This document shows, piece by piece, positions 20,562 through 30,330 of a DNA stretch of 64,000 nucleotides. The position numbers and the translations under genes are program-made. This DNA is from an uncultured Armatimonadetes bacterium (GTDB taxonomy: Bacteria > Armatimonadota > UBA5829). The notes under the pieces are model-generated. The model had not been told where the DNA came from. It ran no database searches and worked only from the letters and a program-made list of their open reading frames with translations. Each line of letters opens with the position of its first letter. Position 1 is the first letter of the stretch. Where the stretch lies: the NCBI GenBank assembly GCA_963711155.1, contig CAVQDB010000003.1, positions 97,358 to 161,357 of the forward strand. Reading direction: 5' to 3'.

Positions 20562-21998
20562 ATGCAGACAACCGAGCAACTATACAGCCAGCGCCTCGCG
20601 CGCTACGTCACGGCGATGCGCAACGGCAAGCCGGACATGATACCGATCCGGCCGTTTGTCGCCGAGTTTGTCGCCTCCTACGCCGGCTACACCTGCCAGG
20701 AGGTCACCCACGACTACCACAAGGCATTCGCCGCCGCCCGCAAGTGCGCCTGCGAGTTCGACTGGGACGCCGTGGTCGCGAACATGGTCTACGTCTGGAC
20801 CGGCCTGACCCAGGCGCTCGGACTGCGCTACTACGCCGTGCCGGGCGTCGATATCGGCCCCGATGTCGGCTTCCAATACATCGAGCCGACCGAGGACGAG
20901 GCGTTCATGAAAGCCGACGAGTACGACCAGCTCATCGACGACCCGACCGCATTCCTCTACACCGTCTGGCTCCCGCGCGTGTCGCGCGAAGTGAGCGCCA
21001 TCGGCGGGCCGGCGACTTATCGCAGCCACGTCGCGCTCACCAAGTCGGCGATGGCGATGATGCAATACTTCTACGACTTCGGCCCCCAGGTCGAGGCGCT
21101 GCGCACCGAATGCGGCACCGTGTCGGCCATCGCGGGCATCCTCAAGGCTCCGTTCGACATCCTCGCCGACAAGCTGCGCGGCTACATCGGCCTGACAATG
21201 GACATGATCGAGCAGCCCGACAAGGTTCTGGCCGCGTGCGAGGCGCTGATGCCGCATCTCTATCACGTCGCCGCGACGACCGCCGATCCGGCCTGCACGG
21301 TCCCAGTCGGCTATTGGATGCACCGCGGATGCGTGCCGTTCGTCTCGAAAGGCCAGTTCGAGTCGCACTACTGGCCCACGGTCAAACCGATCATCACGCA
21401 GCTCTGGCGCAACGGCCACCAGACCCTTATGTACGCGGAGGGCGACTGGAACGCCCATCTATCGAGCTTCGCCGAGCTGCCGGACGCCAGCATCGTCTAT
21501 CACGTGGACCGCGGCGACATCTTCGAGGTTCACCGTGCAATCGGCGGTCGGTTCTGCCTCAGCGGCGGCATTCCGAACGTGCTGCTGTCTCACGGCACGC
21601 CTGACGACGTCCGCGCCTGCGCGAAGAAGGTGATCGACGGTGTCGCCCGCGACGGCGGCTACATCCTCGACGCGAGCGCGATCATGCAGAACGACACGAG
21701 GGCCGACAACCTCCGCGCCCTCACCGACTTCGCCCGCGACTACGGCGTCTACCCATCCTCGGCCACACCGCTCCCTTGTCATGCTGAACTTGTTTCAGCA
21801 TCCGCGCGGCCACGTGCGTGTCATGCTGAACTTGTTTCAGCATCCAGTTCGTGTGAGCCGGGGACGTGCATCCCCTGGTCTGTCAAGCGCTCCGAACTCG
21901 GCAACATCCCCGGTGACGCCGACCTCGTCGAGCGCATCTGGCGCGAAGCTGACTCGCTGGGCAACACGTTCATCTGGCAGATTCTGGTCTCATTCTGA
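20562..21998 (+). CDS. uroporphyrinogen-decarboxylase (URO-D/MtaA-like) family protein; the C-terminal about 70 aa read through two palindromic repeats
   Basis: URO-D-family-like sequence runs to ...FARDYGVYP. After that the ORF runs across two GTCATGCTGAACTTGTTTCAGCATCC copies, translated CHAELVSAS twice. Confidence 0.5.
   Translation: MQTTEQLYSQRLARYVTAMRNGKPDMIPIRPFVAEFVASYAGYTCQEVTHDYHKAFAAARKCACEFDWDAVVANMVYVWTGLTQALGLRYYAVPGVDIGPDVGFQYIEPTEDEAFMKADEYDQLIDDPTAFLYTVWLPRVSREVSAIGGPATYRSHVALTKSAMAMMQYFYDFGPQVEALRTECGTVSAIAGILKAPFDILADKLRGYIGLTMDMIEQPDKVLAACEALMPHLYHVAATTADPACTVPVGYWMHRGCVPFVSKGQFESHYWPTVKPIITQLWRNGHQTLMYAEGDWNAHLSSFAELPDASIVYHVDRGDIFEVHRAIGGRFCLSGGIPNVLLSHGTPDDVRACAKKVIDGVARDGGYILDASAIMQNDTRADNLRALTDFARDYGVYPSSATPLPCHAELVSASARPRACHAELVSASSSCEPGTCIPWSVKRSELGNIPGDADLVERIWREADSLGNTFIWQILVSF
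21786..21852. repeat. two tandem copies of the palindromic element GTCATGCTGAACTTGTTTCAGCATCC
   Basis: Other copies lie at 3077-3102, 23408-23432 (degenerate), 48921-48945, 61509-61533, 61545-61568 and 63822-63846, in both orientations. Several sit at intra-operon gene junctions. Confidence 0.85.
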
Positions 21999-22116
21999 CG
22001 TGCCGCGCCGGAACAATCTGATCTATTGTTGCATTTTGGGAACCGCCGGGGCGCCGGTGTGGGGTATACATGGCAGTGGTCTCCGACCGCGAGTTGGAAT
22101 CGGAGGAACTGAGTAG

Positions 22117-23368
22117 TTGTCAGACGACGAGTCAGTGGCAAGTGGAGAAGGCATGAGGTCGAACGAGTTTCTGGGCAAAGCCCTGGAAGCCAGGGCTATG
22201 CAGGAGATGCTCCAGCTCGTCATGGACAACATCCCCCAGCAGATCTTCTGGAAGGACCGCAACTCCGTATTCCTCGGCTGCAACCGCAACTTCGCCCACG
22301 ACGCGGGATTCGACGATCCCTCCGAGCTGATCGGTAAGACCGACTACGACATGCCCTGGACGAAGGAGCAGTCCGATGCCTACGTCGAATACGACCGTCG
22401 CGTGATGGAAGCCGACACGCCCATACTGCACATCAGCGAGACGCAGCTTCAGGCAGACGGCAGGGTGGCCTACGTAGACACCAACAAGATCCCGCTCCAC
22501 GACTCGGAGGGCAACGTGGTCGGTATCCTCGGAACCTACGAGGACATCACGGAGCGCAAGCTGCTCGAGATCGAGAGGGAAGAGGCGCGCAGAGCGCTCG
22601 AGGAGGTCTACGAGCGCGAGCGCAGGATCGCGGAGACCCTGCAGCGGAGCTTCCTTCCCGAAGCGGTCCCCGAGATCGAAGGCTACCAGGTCGCCGAAGC
22701 CTACTACCCCGCCCTCGACGAGGCCGCGATCGGCGGCGACATGTATGACGTCTTCGCTCTGCCGAGCGGCAAGGTAGGAATAGCGATCGCTGACGTGTCG
22801 GGCAAGGGGCTGCGGGCCGCGCGTTACGGCGCGATGGTGAAGTATATGCTTCGCGCGTATTCCTATCGCACCGAGGACCCCGCCGAAATTCTGACGCTTC
22901 TCAACTCATCGGTCTGCCAGGACCTGGACATCGACAGCTTCGTCACGTGCTTCTTCGGAATCCTCGACCCCGGAACGGGCGAGTTCGTATACGCAAACGC
23001 CGGCCACAGCGAGCCGCTGTATCTCCCACGCGCCACCGGAATCCCGGCCAGGATGCTCGTCACCGGCCCCGTGCTCGGGTTGGACTCGTCGTGGACCTAC
23101 GGTTCCGCGCGCATCGCCCTCGGCGACGGAGAACATCCTGTTTCTCTACACCGACGGCGTCACGGACGCAAGAGGCGAATCGGAACGCATGTATATCGAG
23201 GGCCTTGAGGATCATCTGATCGCCAACTGCATCCTGACCGCCGATGAACTCGTGGAATGCGTGCTCGGTGAAGTAAAGCGCCGCTCCGGTGACCGACTCG
23301 CCGACGACGTAGCCATGATCGCCCTCCAAGTGACCAGACGGCCGCCCAGTCCCCCCGCGAAGTCCTGA
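22117..23368 (+). CDS. PAS-domain PP2C-type (SpoIIE/RsbU-like) serine phosphatase; frameshift near 23130
   Basis: PP2C motifs are GGDMYDV and ADVSGKG. The C-terminus (...[15 protein letters not shown]...[10 protein letters not shown]) is in another frame. Confidence 0.55.
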
Positions 23369-23431
23369 GTAGCGAGGAACGAGCGTATCGAAGGGCGGAG
23401 CGTCTCAAGCTGAACTTGATCCAGCATCCAC

Positions 23432-23971
23432 TCAGATCAGCTTATCCACCTTCTCCCGGCTGGCCTCGTCCAACGCCTCCGGACTCAGCTCGTAGCGGTT
23501 GCCGTCAACGTCGGTGATGATGTAGCGGCCGGGCTCGATCTCGGTCATGGTGTCGTGGACGCCGCGCGTAATGAGCCTCTTGGACCCACGATCGGTCAGC
23601 ACGTGCCACTCAACGCCCCCGAACCGGTGCCTGATCTGGGTAATCGCCTTCACCTGTGGCGTGAAGTAGCGCCGCTCCAGGTCGTCCTCGATCCATCGCC
23701 TGTATTGCTTGCTGATCTCGCCGAGGTCGCGAATGATGCCGATCTCCTCATCCGCGCCACTACGGATCGAGATGTACTTGCCGCCGAACGAATAAGGGAA
23801 GCACCGCCGGGCCTTAACGCGCAGCACGGACTTGTCGCCGGTGAGCGTCAGCCGCAGCCCGCCGCCGTCGCTTCGCATCAGCTCGAAATCGCCCGGCTCG
23901 AGGTACCTGACCTTCGCCGCCTCATCGAGCGTCTTCTCCGTATTCGGTTGGGTTGCGGCTTCGTCATTCAT
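23432..23971 (-). CDS. DUF1854 domain protein
   Basis: 179 aa. This family is typically encoded next to an ABC exporter, as it is here. Confidence 0.5.
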   Translation of the reverse strand: MNDEAATQPNTEKTLDEAAKVRYLEPGDFELMRSDGGGLRLTLTGDKSVLRVKARRCFPYSFGGKYISIRSGADEEIGIIRDLGEISKQYRRWIEDDLERRYFTPQVKAITQIRHRFGGVEWHVLTDRGSKRLITRGVHDTMTEIEPGRYIITDVDGNRYELSPEALDEASREKVDKLI

Positions 23972-23973
23972 CG

Positions 23974-26259
23974 CTATCCACCCACGGCCACCAGCCCGGT
24001 AAGCTCGGTCTGCATCTTCACGAGATTCGCGTAGGTGCCGTTCTTGGCGACCAACTCCTCATGCGTGCCGAGCTCGACCTGCTTGCCCTTGTCCAGCACG
24101 AGCAATCGACTGGCGTTGTGCAGCGTCGAAAGCCTGTGCGCGATCGCAAACGTCGTGCGGTCCTTGACCAATCGCATCAGCGCTTCCTGAATCTGCTTCT
24201 CGGTGGCGGTATCAACCGCGCTGGTTGCCTCGTCGAGGATCAGTATCTTCGGATTGTGCAGGATCGCGCGCGCGATCGCAACCCGCTGCCTCTCGCCGCC
24301 CGAAAGCGACTGTCCGCGCTCCCCGACCTGGGTTTCGTAGCCGTCCGGGAAGCTGACGATGAAATCGTGCGCGTTGGCGGCTTTCGCTGCCCGAATGATC
24401 TCCTCCGGGGTCGCATCGGCCTTGGCGTAGGCGATGTTCTCCGCGATCGTGCCGGAAAACAGGTACGATTCCTGCGGGACCACCCCGATCTGCCTGCGCA
24501 AATCCTCCAGGCTCAGCTCCCGAATGTCCACCCCGTCGATCTCGATCGAGCCTTCCTGCGCGATATAGAACCGGCACAGCAGGTTGATCATCGTGGACTT
24601 CCCCGCGCCCGACGGCCCCACCAGCCCGATCATCTCGCCCGGCTGGACGTCGATGTCGATCTCGTGCAACACCGGGCGGTTCTTGTCATAGCCGAACGTG
24701 ACCTTGTTGAACCTGACGTGACCCTTGACATCAGCCAGATGCGTCTTGCTCTCCGGCTGCTCCTCCTCCAGCGGCGAGTCCATCACCTCGAACACCCGCT
24801 CCGCCGCTGCCAGGCACCGCGCGGTCCAGTCCCACATTCGGGTCACGATCTGCATCGGGCCATAGAGCATGCCCAGGTAGCCGATGAACATGATGAGCGT
24901 ACCCGTGCTGACGCCCGAGTTGATCACGCCGAGGCCGCCCACATACCATACGACGAAGCTGCCCGCGGACATCAGGAACCACATCAGCGGCCAGAGCGTC
25001 GCCCAGGTCTGTTCCGCTTCCATGTCGGCGACGTATACGCCTTCGCTTCGGCGCTCGAACCTATCCACCTCGCGACCCTGCTGCGCGAATGCCTTCACAA
25101 CGCGCAGGCCCTGCAGCGAGTCCGACATCACCGAGTGCAGCTTCGACCATCTATGCCAAACCCGGCTGAACATCCACCGGAACCGCTTGAAGATGAACGT
25201 CGCCACAATTGACGCGATCGGCGCCGGGATGACCGCCCACGCGGCCAGCTTCCAGTTCTGCTGGAACATGATCGCGAGGACCAGCACCAGATTCGCGAGG
25301 TTCGCGACGATATACTGCACGTCGAACGCCAAAAACTCCTGCAGCGAGCTCGTGTCCTGCGACACGCGCGAGATCACCGCACCTGTTTGCCGTTTATCGA
25401 AGAAGCCGACGGTGAGACGGTGAAGGCGGGCGTAGAGTTCCATACGAATGTTGTGAACCGCCTTCGAACCGATGCGAGCCGTAATCCGTGACTGGAAGAC
25501 ACCCAGCACCATGGAGATAACGCTCGTTGCCAGCAGCGCAAGAACTATATGGCCGAGCATCGTAACCAGGTGGTGCGCCTGTGCACCGTGCAGGTGTCCA
25601 CCCGACTTTTGCGCTTTGTCCAGCACGTCGTCAAAGAGGATCTTGGTCAGATATGGCGGCGCAAGACCGGCTACCTTGGAACCGATCAGAAGCAGCGACG
25701 TGATGACTATCTGTGTCTTGAACGGTCTGAGATACGCAAGCAGCCTTCGAATGGCGCGCGACGCATTGACGCAGTTCGGGCAGGCTTCGGAGCCGTGTTC
25801 GAGTGGAAATCCGCATTTGAGACAGCGGCGGGTGACGTCCTCCTCGGTCGTGGTGGGCGGGTCCTCACCCTTGATCGCCGCCTGCAGACGCCGCGCCGCG
25901 TGGCCGAACTCCTTGCCGACGGCATTGGTATAACGGATCAGCGGAACATACTCGCCCTTGACGTTGGCCACCAGGCAGCCGTTGCCGACCTCGGTCTCGG
26001 CATTGATCTCGGCCAGGTCCTTCACCGACAGGTCGTGCCGAACGATAGGCTCCCCGGAATCCGGCGAGACCACGAGCAGCCGGCCCGGCCGGTCGTCAGC
26101 GGCGCCGGTCGGCCGCTCACCAGCGGCTCTCGTCGTCACGAGCCATTGCTGCCCCATAAGCCCGTCCGGGCCGAGGTCGCTCTCGACTACCGTGTCTATC
26201 TCGCAGCCTTCAAGAAGCGCGCCGATCTTGCTTTTGACGTTGTCAGGAAGGGAATGCAT
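23974..26259 (-). CDS. ABC transporter permease/ATP-binding protein (MsbA-like exporter) with an extra N-terminal about 180-aa domain containing a zinc-ribbon (CLKCGFPLEHGSEACPNC)
   Basis: Six TM segments, then Walker A GPSGAGKST, the ABC signature LSGGERQR and Walker B ILILDEATSAVD. Confidence 0.8.
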   Translation of the reverse strand: MHSLPDNVKSKIGALLEGCEIDTVVESDLGPDGLMGQQWLVTTRAAGERPTGAADDRPGRLLVVSPDSGEPIVRHDLSVKDLAEINAETEVGNGCLVANVKGEYVPLIRYTNAVGKEFGHAARRLQAAIKGEDPPTTTEEDVTRRCLKCGFPLEHGSEACPNCVNASRAIRRLLAYLRPFKTQIVITSLLLIGSKVAGLAPPYLTKILFDDVLDKAQKSGGHLHGAQAHHLVTMLGHIVLALLATSVISMVLGVFQSRITARIGSKAVHNIRMELYARLHRLTVGFFDKRQTGAVISRVSQDTSSLQEFLAFDVQYIVANLANLVLVLAIMFQQNWKLAAWAVIPAPIASIVATFIFKRFRWMFSRVWHRWSKLHSVMSDSLQGLRVVKAFAQQGREVDRFERRSEGVYVADMEAEQTWATLWPLMWFLMSAGSFVVWYVGGLGVINSGVSTGTLIMFIGYLGMLYGPMQIVTRMWDWTARCLAAAERVFEVMDSPLEEEQPESKTHLADVKGHVRFNKVTFGYDKNRPVLHEIDIDVQPGEMIGLVGPSGAGKSTMINLLCRFYIAQEGSIEIDGVDIRELSLEDLRRQIGVVPQESYLFSGTIAENIAYAKADATPEEIIRAAKAANAHDFIVSFPDGYETQVGERGQSLSGGERQRVAIARAILHNPKILILDEATSAVDTATEKQIQEALMRLVKDRTTFAIAHRLSTLHNASRLLVLDKGKQVELGTHEELVAKNGTYANLVKMQTELTGLVAVGG

Positions 26260-26384
26260 CCGTGGGTTCCAGTCCGTAGGCTATTGCCATACACATTATA
26301 GCCATGACTGCTTGAGACGGCAAAAGGTTCAGTGCAAATCGCCAAGAATCTGTTCAGTCGTGCGGAAACGCTCACTCCGACAGC

Positions 26385-26530
26385 CCTGAGTAGGCCCGTC
26401 CTGAGCATCCTGAGCTTGTCGAAGGGCCCTGCGGGCAGCGCACTCCGTTAGCCCTGAGTAGGCCCGTCCTGCGCATCCTGAGCTCGTCGAAGGATGCTCA
26501 GGACGGGCCGTATCGAAGGGCGGTGCTCCG
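26385..26530. repeat. two tandem GTAG-type REP-like hairpins
   Basis: gccctgagtaggcccgtcctg(a/c)gcatcctgagc..gtcgaagg...; the second copy forms cccgtcctgcgcatcc/ggatgctcaggacggg. Confidence 0.5.
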
Positions 26531-26553
26531 CGCGAACTTGACTGATCAGCCCT

Positions 26554-27702
26554 TCACCGCCCCGCGTATGCCTTCTCATACACCGTCTTCAAATACGACG
26601 TGTCCCTGCCATCCTTCGTAATCGCCCAGCAGTAGACCCCGGCGCCGTCCGTGCGGAGCTCGCGCGCCTTGACGATCTTCTCGACCGTTGACTCCGCCGT
26701 GATCAGATAGCTGCCGATATTGGGGCACACCGGCACGCCGCTGCTGGCCGCGATGGCATCTTTGCAGTACTTGACAAACGTGTCCGTGCTCTTCGTGTAG
26801 GCCATAGGGAACAGAATATCGAGCTTGCCGTCCGCCAGCCACCGCTTCCAGTCCTGCATGCGGTCGTTATACGCGCCGCTGCCGCTGGCAAATACCGATG
26901 CGGACAATGCCACATCAGGCCGGGCCGCCTTGATCGCGTCGTGAATCATGTAGACCTCGTCGGTGACGCGCTGCCGGCGGAAATCCCCCCACTCCTTCGG
27001 ATACGCCTGCACGTACGCGAGCCGGTCCGGATTCGCCTTCAGCTCAGCCTTCTTCTCAGCCGAGATCCTGGTATTCATCTCCGCCGCGAACCTCGCCAGG
27101 CACCAGTCGCAATAGCAGAAGCTGGAGTCCGGGTAGCGGATGAAATCGAACGACACCCCGTCCACGTCGTAGTTGGTGACCATATCGACGAACACGTCCC
27201 TGAGGTAGTTGCAGTACGCCCTGTGGCTGGGGCAGCTAAAGCAGCCGTCGTAGTAGGCCGTCCCCACCATCACGACCTCGTTTTTCTTGTTGCGCATCAG
27301 CCACCACGGGTGCGAGTTGACGATATGGCTGGGGGCCTTCGGCGGAGTGTTCGATCCCCACGTATAGTTCGCGTTGAGCCACGCATGCACCTGAATCCCC
27401 GCCGCGTGCGCCTCTTTGAGAATCGTGCCGAGCGGGTCGTAATCCGCCGGCTGATCGGCGAGGTCCTGCGCCCGCGGCTCGATATTGGACTTGTAGAATG
27501 CATCCCCGCGCCCGCGAACCTGCACCACCAGGCAGTTGAACCCATACTGCTTCGCCGCATCCACTATTCTCTTACAGCGCTCCGGCGACGTAATATCCCA
27601 CCGCTCCACCCACAGCACCCGCATCTCCGGCGCCTTCGTCGCCGCATGACACGCCGATAACAGCAGCACAACCAGAATCAGCCCGACAGCAATGTACCTC
27701 AT
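26554..27702 (-). CDS. GHL10 family (YddW-like) glycoside-hydrolase-like lipoprotein, intact
   Basis: Signal peptide plus Cys, then RVLWVERWD, GIQVHAWLNA and DGVSFDFIRYP. Confidence 0.7.
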   Translation of the reverse strand: MRYIAVGLILVVLLLSACHAATKAPEMRVLWVERWDITSPERCKRIVDAAKQYGFNCLVVQVRGRGDAFYKSNIEPRAQDLADQPADYDPLGTILKEAHAAGIQVHAWLNANYTWGSNTPPKAPSHIVNSHPWWLMRNKKNEVVMVGTAYYDGCFSCPSHRAYCNYLRDVFVDMVTNYDVDGVSFDFIRYPDSSFCYCDWCLARFAAEMNTRISAEKKAELKANPDRLAYVQAYPKEWGDFRRQRVTDEVYMIHDAIKAARPDVALSASVFASGSGAYNDRMQDWKRWLADGKLDILFPMAYTKSTDTFVKYCKDAIAASSGVPVCPNIGSYLITAESTVEKIVKARELRTDGAGVYCWAITKDGRDTSYLKTVYEKAYAGR

Positions 27703-27713
27703 ACGATTTCCTC

Positions 27714-30330
27714 CTACCGCCCCACAACTACTTCATACCACAGCGTCTTCCACTGCGGCCCAAGATCGATCCCGAGCCTGCCCGAGGCAACGTCGCACGC
27801 AACAGGCCGCGCGCGTCCACCTCCGCCGTCGAGCGCGAACACCTCCGCCCGCTTTGCCTTCGCATCGAGCGCAATCCGCGCCCTGACGCCTTCGGCTACA
27901 ACCGGCGCCCCACCCCATTTCCTTCCGACGCTCGTCCGATCCGCGTTCCATTCCATCCCCGTATTCTCAACGCGACCCACAGCCGAGATCAGCAGATGAT
28001 CAGACGTCTCCAGCGGCTTCCCATCCAGGGCAACGACCGTAATCGCCGCGAACTTCCCCGAATCGCCGCCCGGCTCGATCGTCAGGCTCCCCAGCTTCAC
28101 ATTCCGCCCCGAGGCGAACCCCACCACGCCCCTCGACGCGGGCGAGTTGATGACGAACGTCGCGTCCTTCTCATTGCCCTTCGCGCACTGCCACGTCACG
28201 CCTGCGGACGCGGCCGGTTCGCCGCGCCTGATGATGGCCTTGTCACCCGTGTCGGTGAACCGAACTGCGGACCTCGTCGCCACCGCCTCCGGCGCCGCGA
28301 AACCAAGCGCCTGCCACGCTCCGCCCACGTTCGCCCCGCGCGTGCGAAGCTCTTCTGGGATCAGCTTGATCGGGAATTCCAGCACGGCCGATTGCGACGC
28401 CCGCGCGACATCCGCCCTTCGGAACATGGCGGCCGCCGCGGGCATGAACGCGATCTTGGCCGGGTGGGAGTCGATTGAGAAATAGCCCGATATGCGATCT
28501 CTGTCCCAGTCGCCGATCGACGAGTGATAATCGAACAGGAATATGCCGTCCCAGTCCTGCTGCGCTGCAAACGCGGCCAGCATCGGCACGCACTCGGCCG
28601 AATAGTCGCTGGGCGCGGGGTGGTTATACTCAGTCACCGTGAACGGCTTACCAAACAGCCGGCAGGCCGCCAGCCGCGTAAGCGTATCCGATCCCAGCGA
28701 GCGCACCATTGGCGTGTTACCGATGGTCCAATCCGCCGGGTCCCACGCCTTGTGCGGAAAGCTGGGATGCTGCCAGTAGGCGTGGATGTCGCCGAAGTCC
28801 AGCAGCGACTCGCGATACAGCCCCGCGATCCCGCCGTAGGTCACCTGCGTATCGACCACCAGCGCCTTCGCCCCCAGCGTCTTCTTGATGAAATCGTGCA
28901 TACCCAGCGCGTACTTCCGCTCCGTCTCAGCCGCGAACGCAAGGAAATCCTCCCGCTGGGCGGCGACGTACGAGTCCGCCGGAATGTCGATATTCCCCGC
29001 TTCCAGGCTTGCGGAATCCGGAAGCCTCCCGCCCGACCCGCGCCGAAGTTCGACACCGGCTATCCACGCCTCACCAATCGTGCTCTGCAGGTTGAAGCTC
29101 ACGCGGTTATGGTCTTTCCGCGTCTGGTTGGCCGTGAAGCTGAACTCGTAGTGCTTCCATGTCACCGGCAGCTCGATGCTTCTGGACAGCCCCACCGAAG
29201 TCCATGGGTCCTCATCGAGCCGGACGTCGATGTTGACCCGCCGAGGTTGGTTCGCGCGCGCCCAGAACCCCAGCACGTACGGCTTGCCATCGACAAGGTC
29301 CAGACCCGTCTGATGAACCTGGAAGTCCCACGACCGCAGCCCCTCGTGAGTCAGAACGGCGTGCAGGCACTTCATGCCCGGCACGGGCCCATCGTCCTCG
29401 ACCTGCATCGTAGCCTTCGCGGGACTGGGCGCTTCAAGCGTCCAGTGATCCGTTCCCGCGGAGAAGTCCGAGTTGGCAAGGATGTTGCTGCCGACCGGCT
29501 CGCTGCCCGCCTCCCACGCCCCGCGCAGCGCCGCCGTCGTGGAGTACTTCGCCTTCAGCCACTCGTTCCACTGCTTCTTGAACTCCGACAGGTAGTAGTC
29601 GGGAATGCCGTAGATCGTGCCGTCCATGCAGTAGTTGACGAGGCTGTTCTCGTTATTGATCTCGATAATTGCGACCGCCGGCTCATCGACGTAACGTGTC
29701 TTTGTATACGCATTGACGTGCGTCAGCAGCCCCCGCGCGTAGTCCTTCTGCAGCTGCGATCATGCGCGGCTCGAAGTTGTCCACGCCCTTGTCGTACTTG
29801 GTCAGCCCGGCCGTATCGGGAAAACCGTCCGCCTCACCAAACTGCCGCGAGACGTGCAGGTTCACATCCACGTAGATTCCGTGCCGTTTGAGCGCGAATA
29901 TGAGGTAATCGAGCTTGTCGAGCTGCCCTGCGTCGAGGTGCTGCCTGTCCTTGTAGGCCGGGTCCCAGATCCCATAAGGCGAAAACCCGTTGTCCATGTG
30001 ATGAAGCCGCACGCAGTTGACGCCGAGTTTGGCCAGCCGCGCCGCGACCTTATCGGCATCGGCGTGCTCGGGAAACGCCCCGCCCGCGCACAGGTTCACG
30101 CCGAGAAACCGAATCCGCTTCCCCGCGCCGTCAACGAAGTGGCTGCGGTTCGCGGTCACGAATCCGTTCTTGCCCGCCGGGCACTCATTGAGCCCCGACA
30201 TGTCCGTGGCGTCGTGGTTCGCATTAAGCGTCTGGATCGCGAACGGGAACATGTCCTCTGCCGCCCGACCCGGCCACTGCATCACCAGAACAACCGCCAA
30301 AACCGCCAGTCCAAGCTCAACAGGTCTCAT
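27714..30330 (-). CDS. secreted GH5-like (clan GH-A) glycosidase with an inserted CBM4/9-like module, paralog 1; frameshift near 29650
   Basis: N-terminal signal peptide. RFLGVNLC...NCVRLHHMD. The IEINNENS motif lies across the frameshift, and the C-terminal part has TVTEYNHPAP. The CBM-like stretch is SDFSAGTDHWTLEAPS. Confidence 0.55.

Noticed and set aside
20562-21998. The C-terminal about 70 aa of the URO-D-like protein as a genuine domain
   Set aside because: The extension is composed of translated palindromic repeats (CHAELVSAS twice). It is more likely read-through or repeat insertion than a conserved domain. I kept it in the CDS coordinates only because no earlier in-frame stop exists.
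23953-25212. 419-aa + strand ORF antisense to the ABC transporter; likewise 28524..29891 and 30950..32155 antisense to the GH5 genes
   Set aside because: These ORFs have the Arg/Pro-rich composition of antisense frames, and the opposite strand has unambiguous ABC or GH5 motifs.
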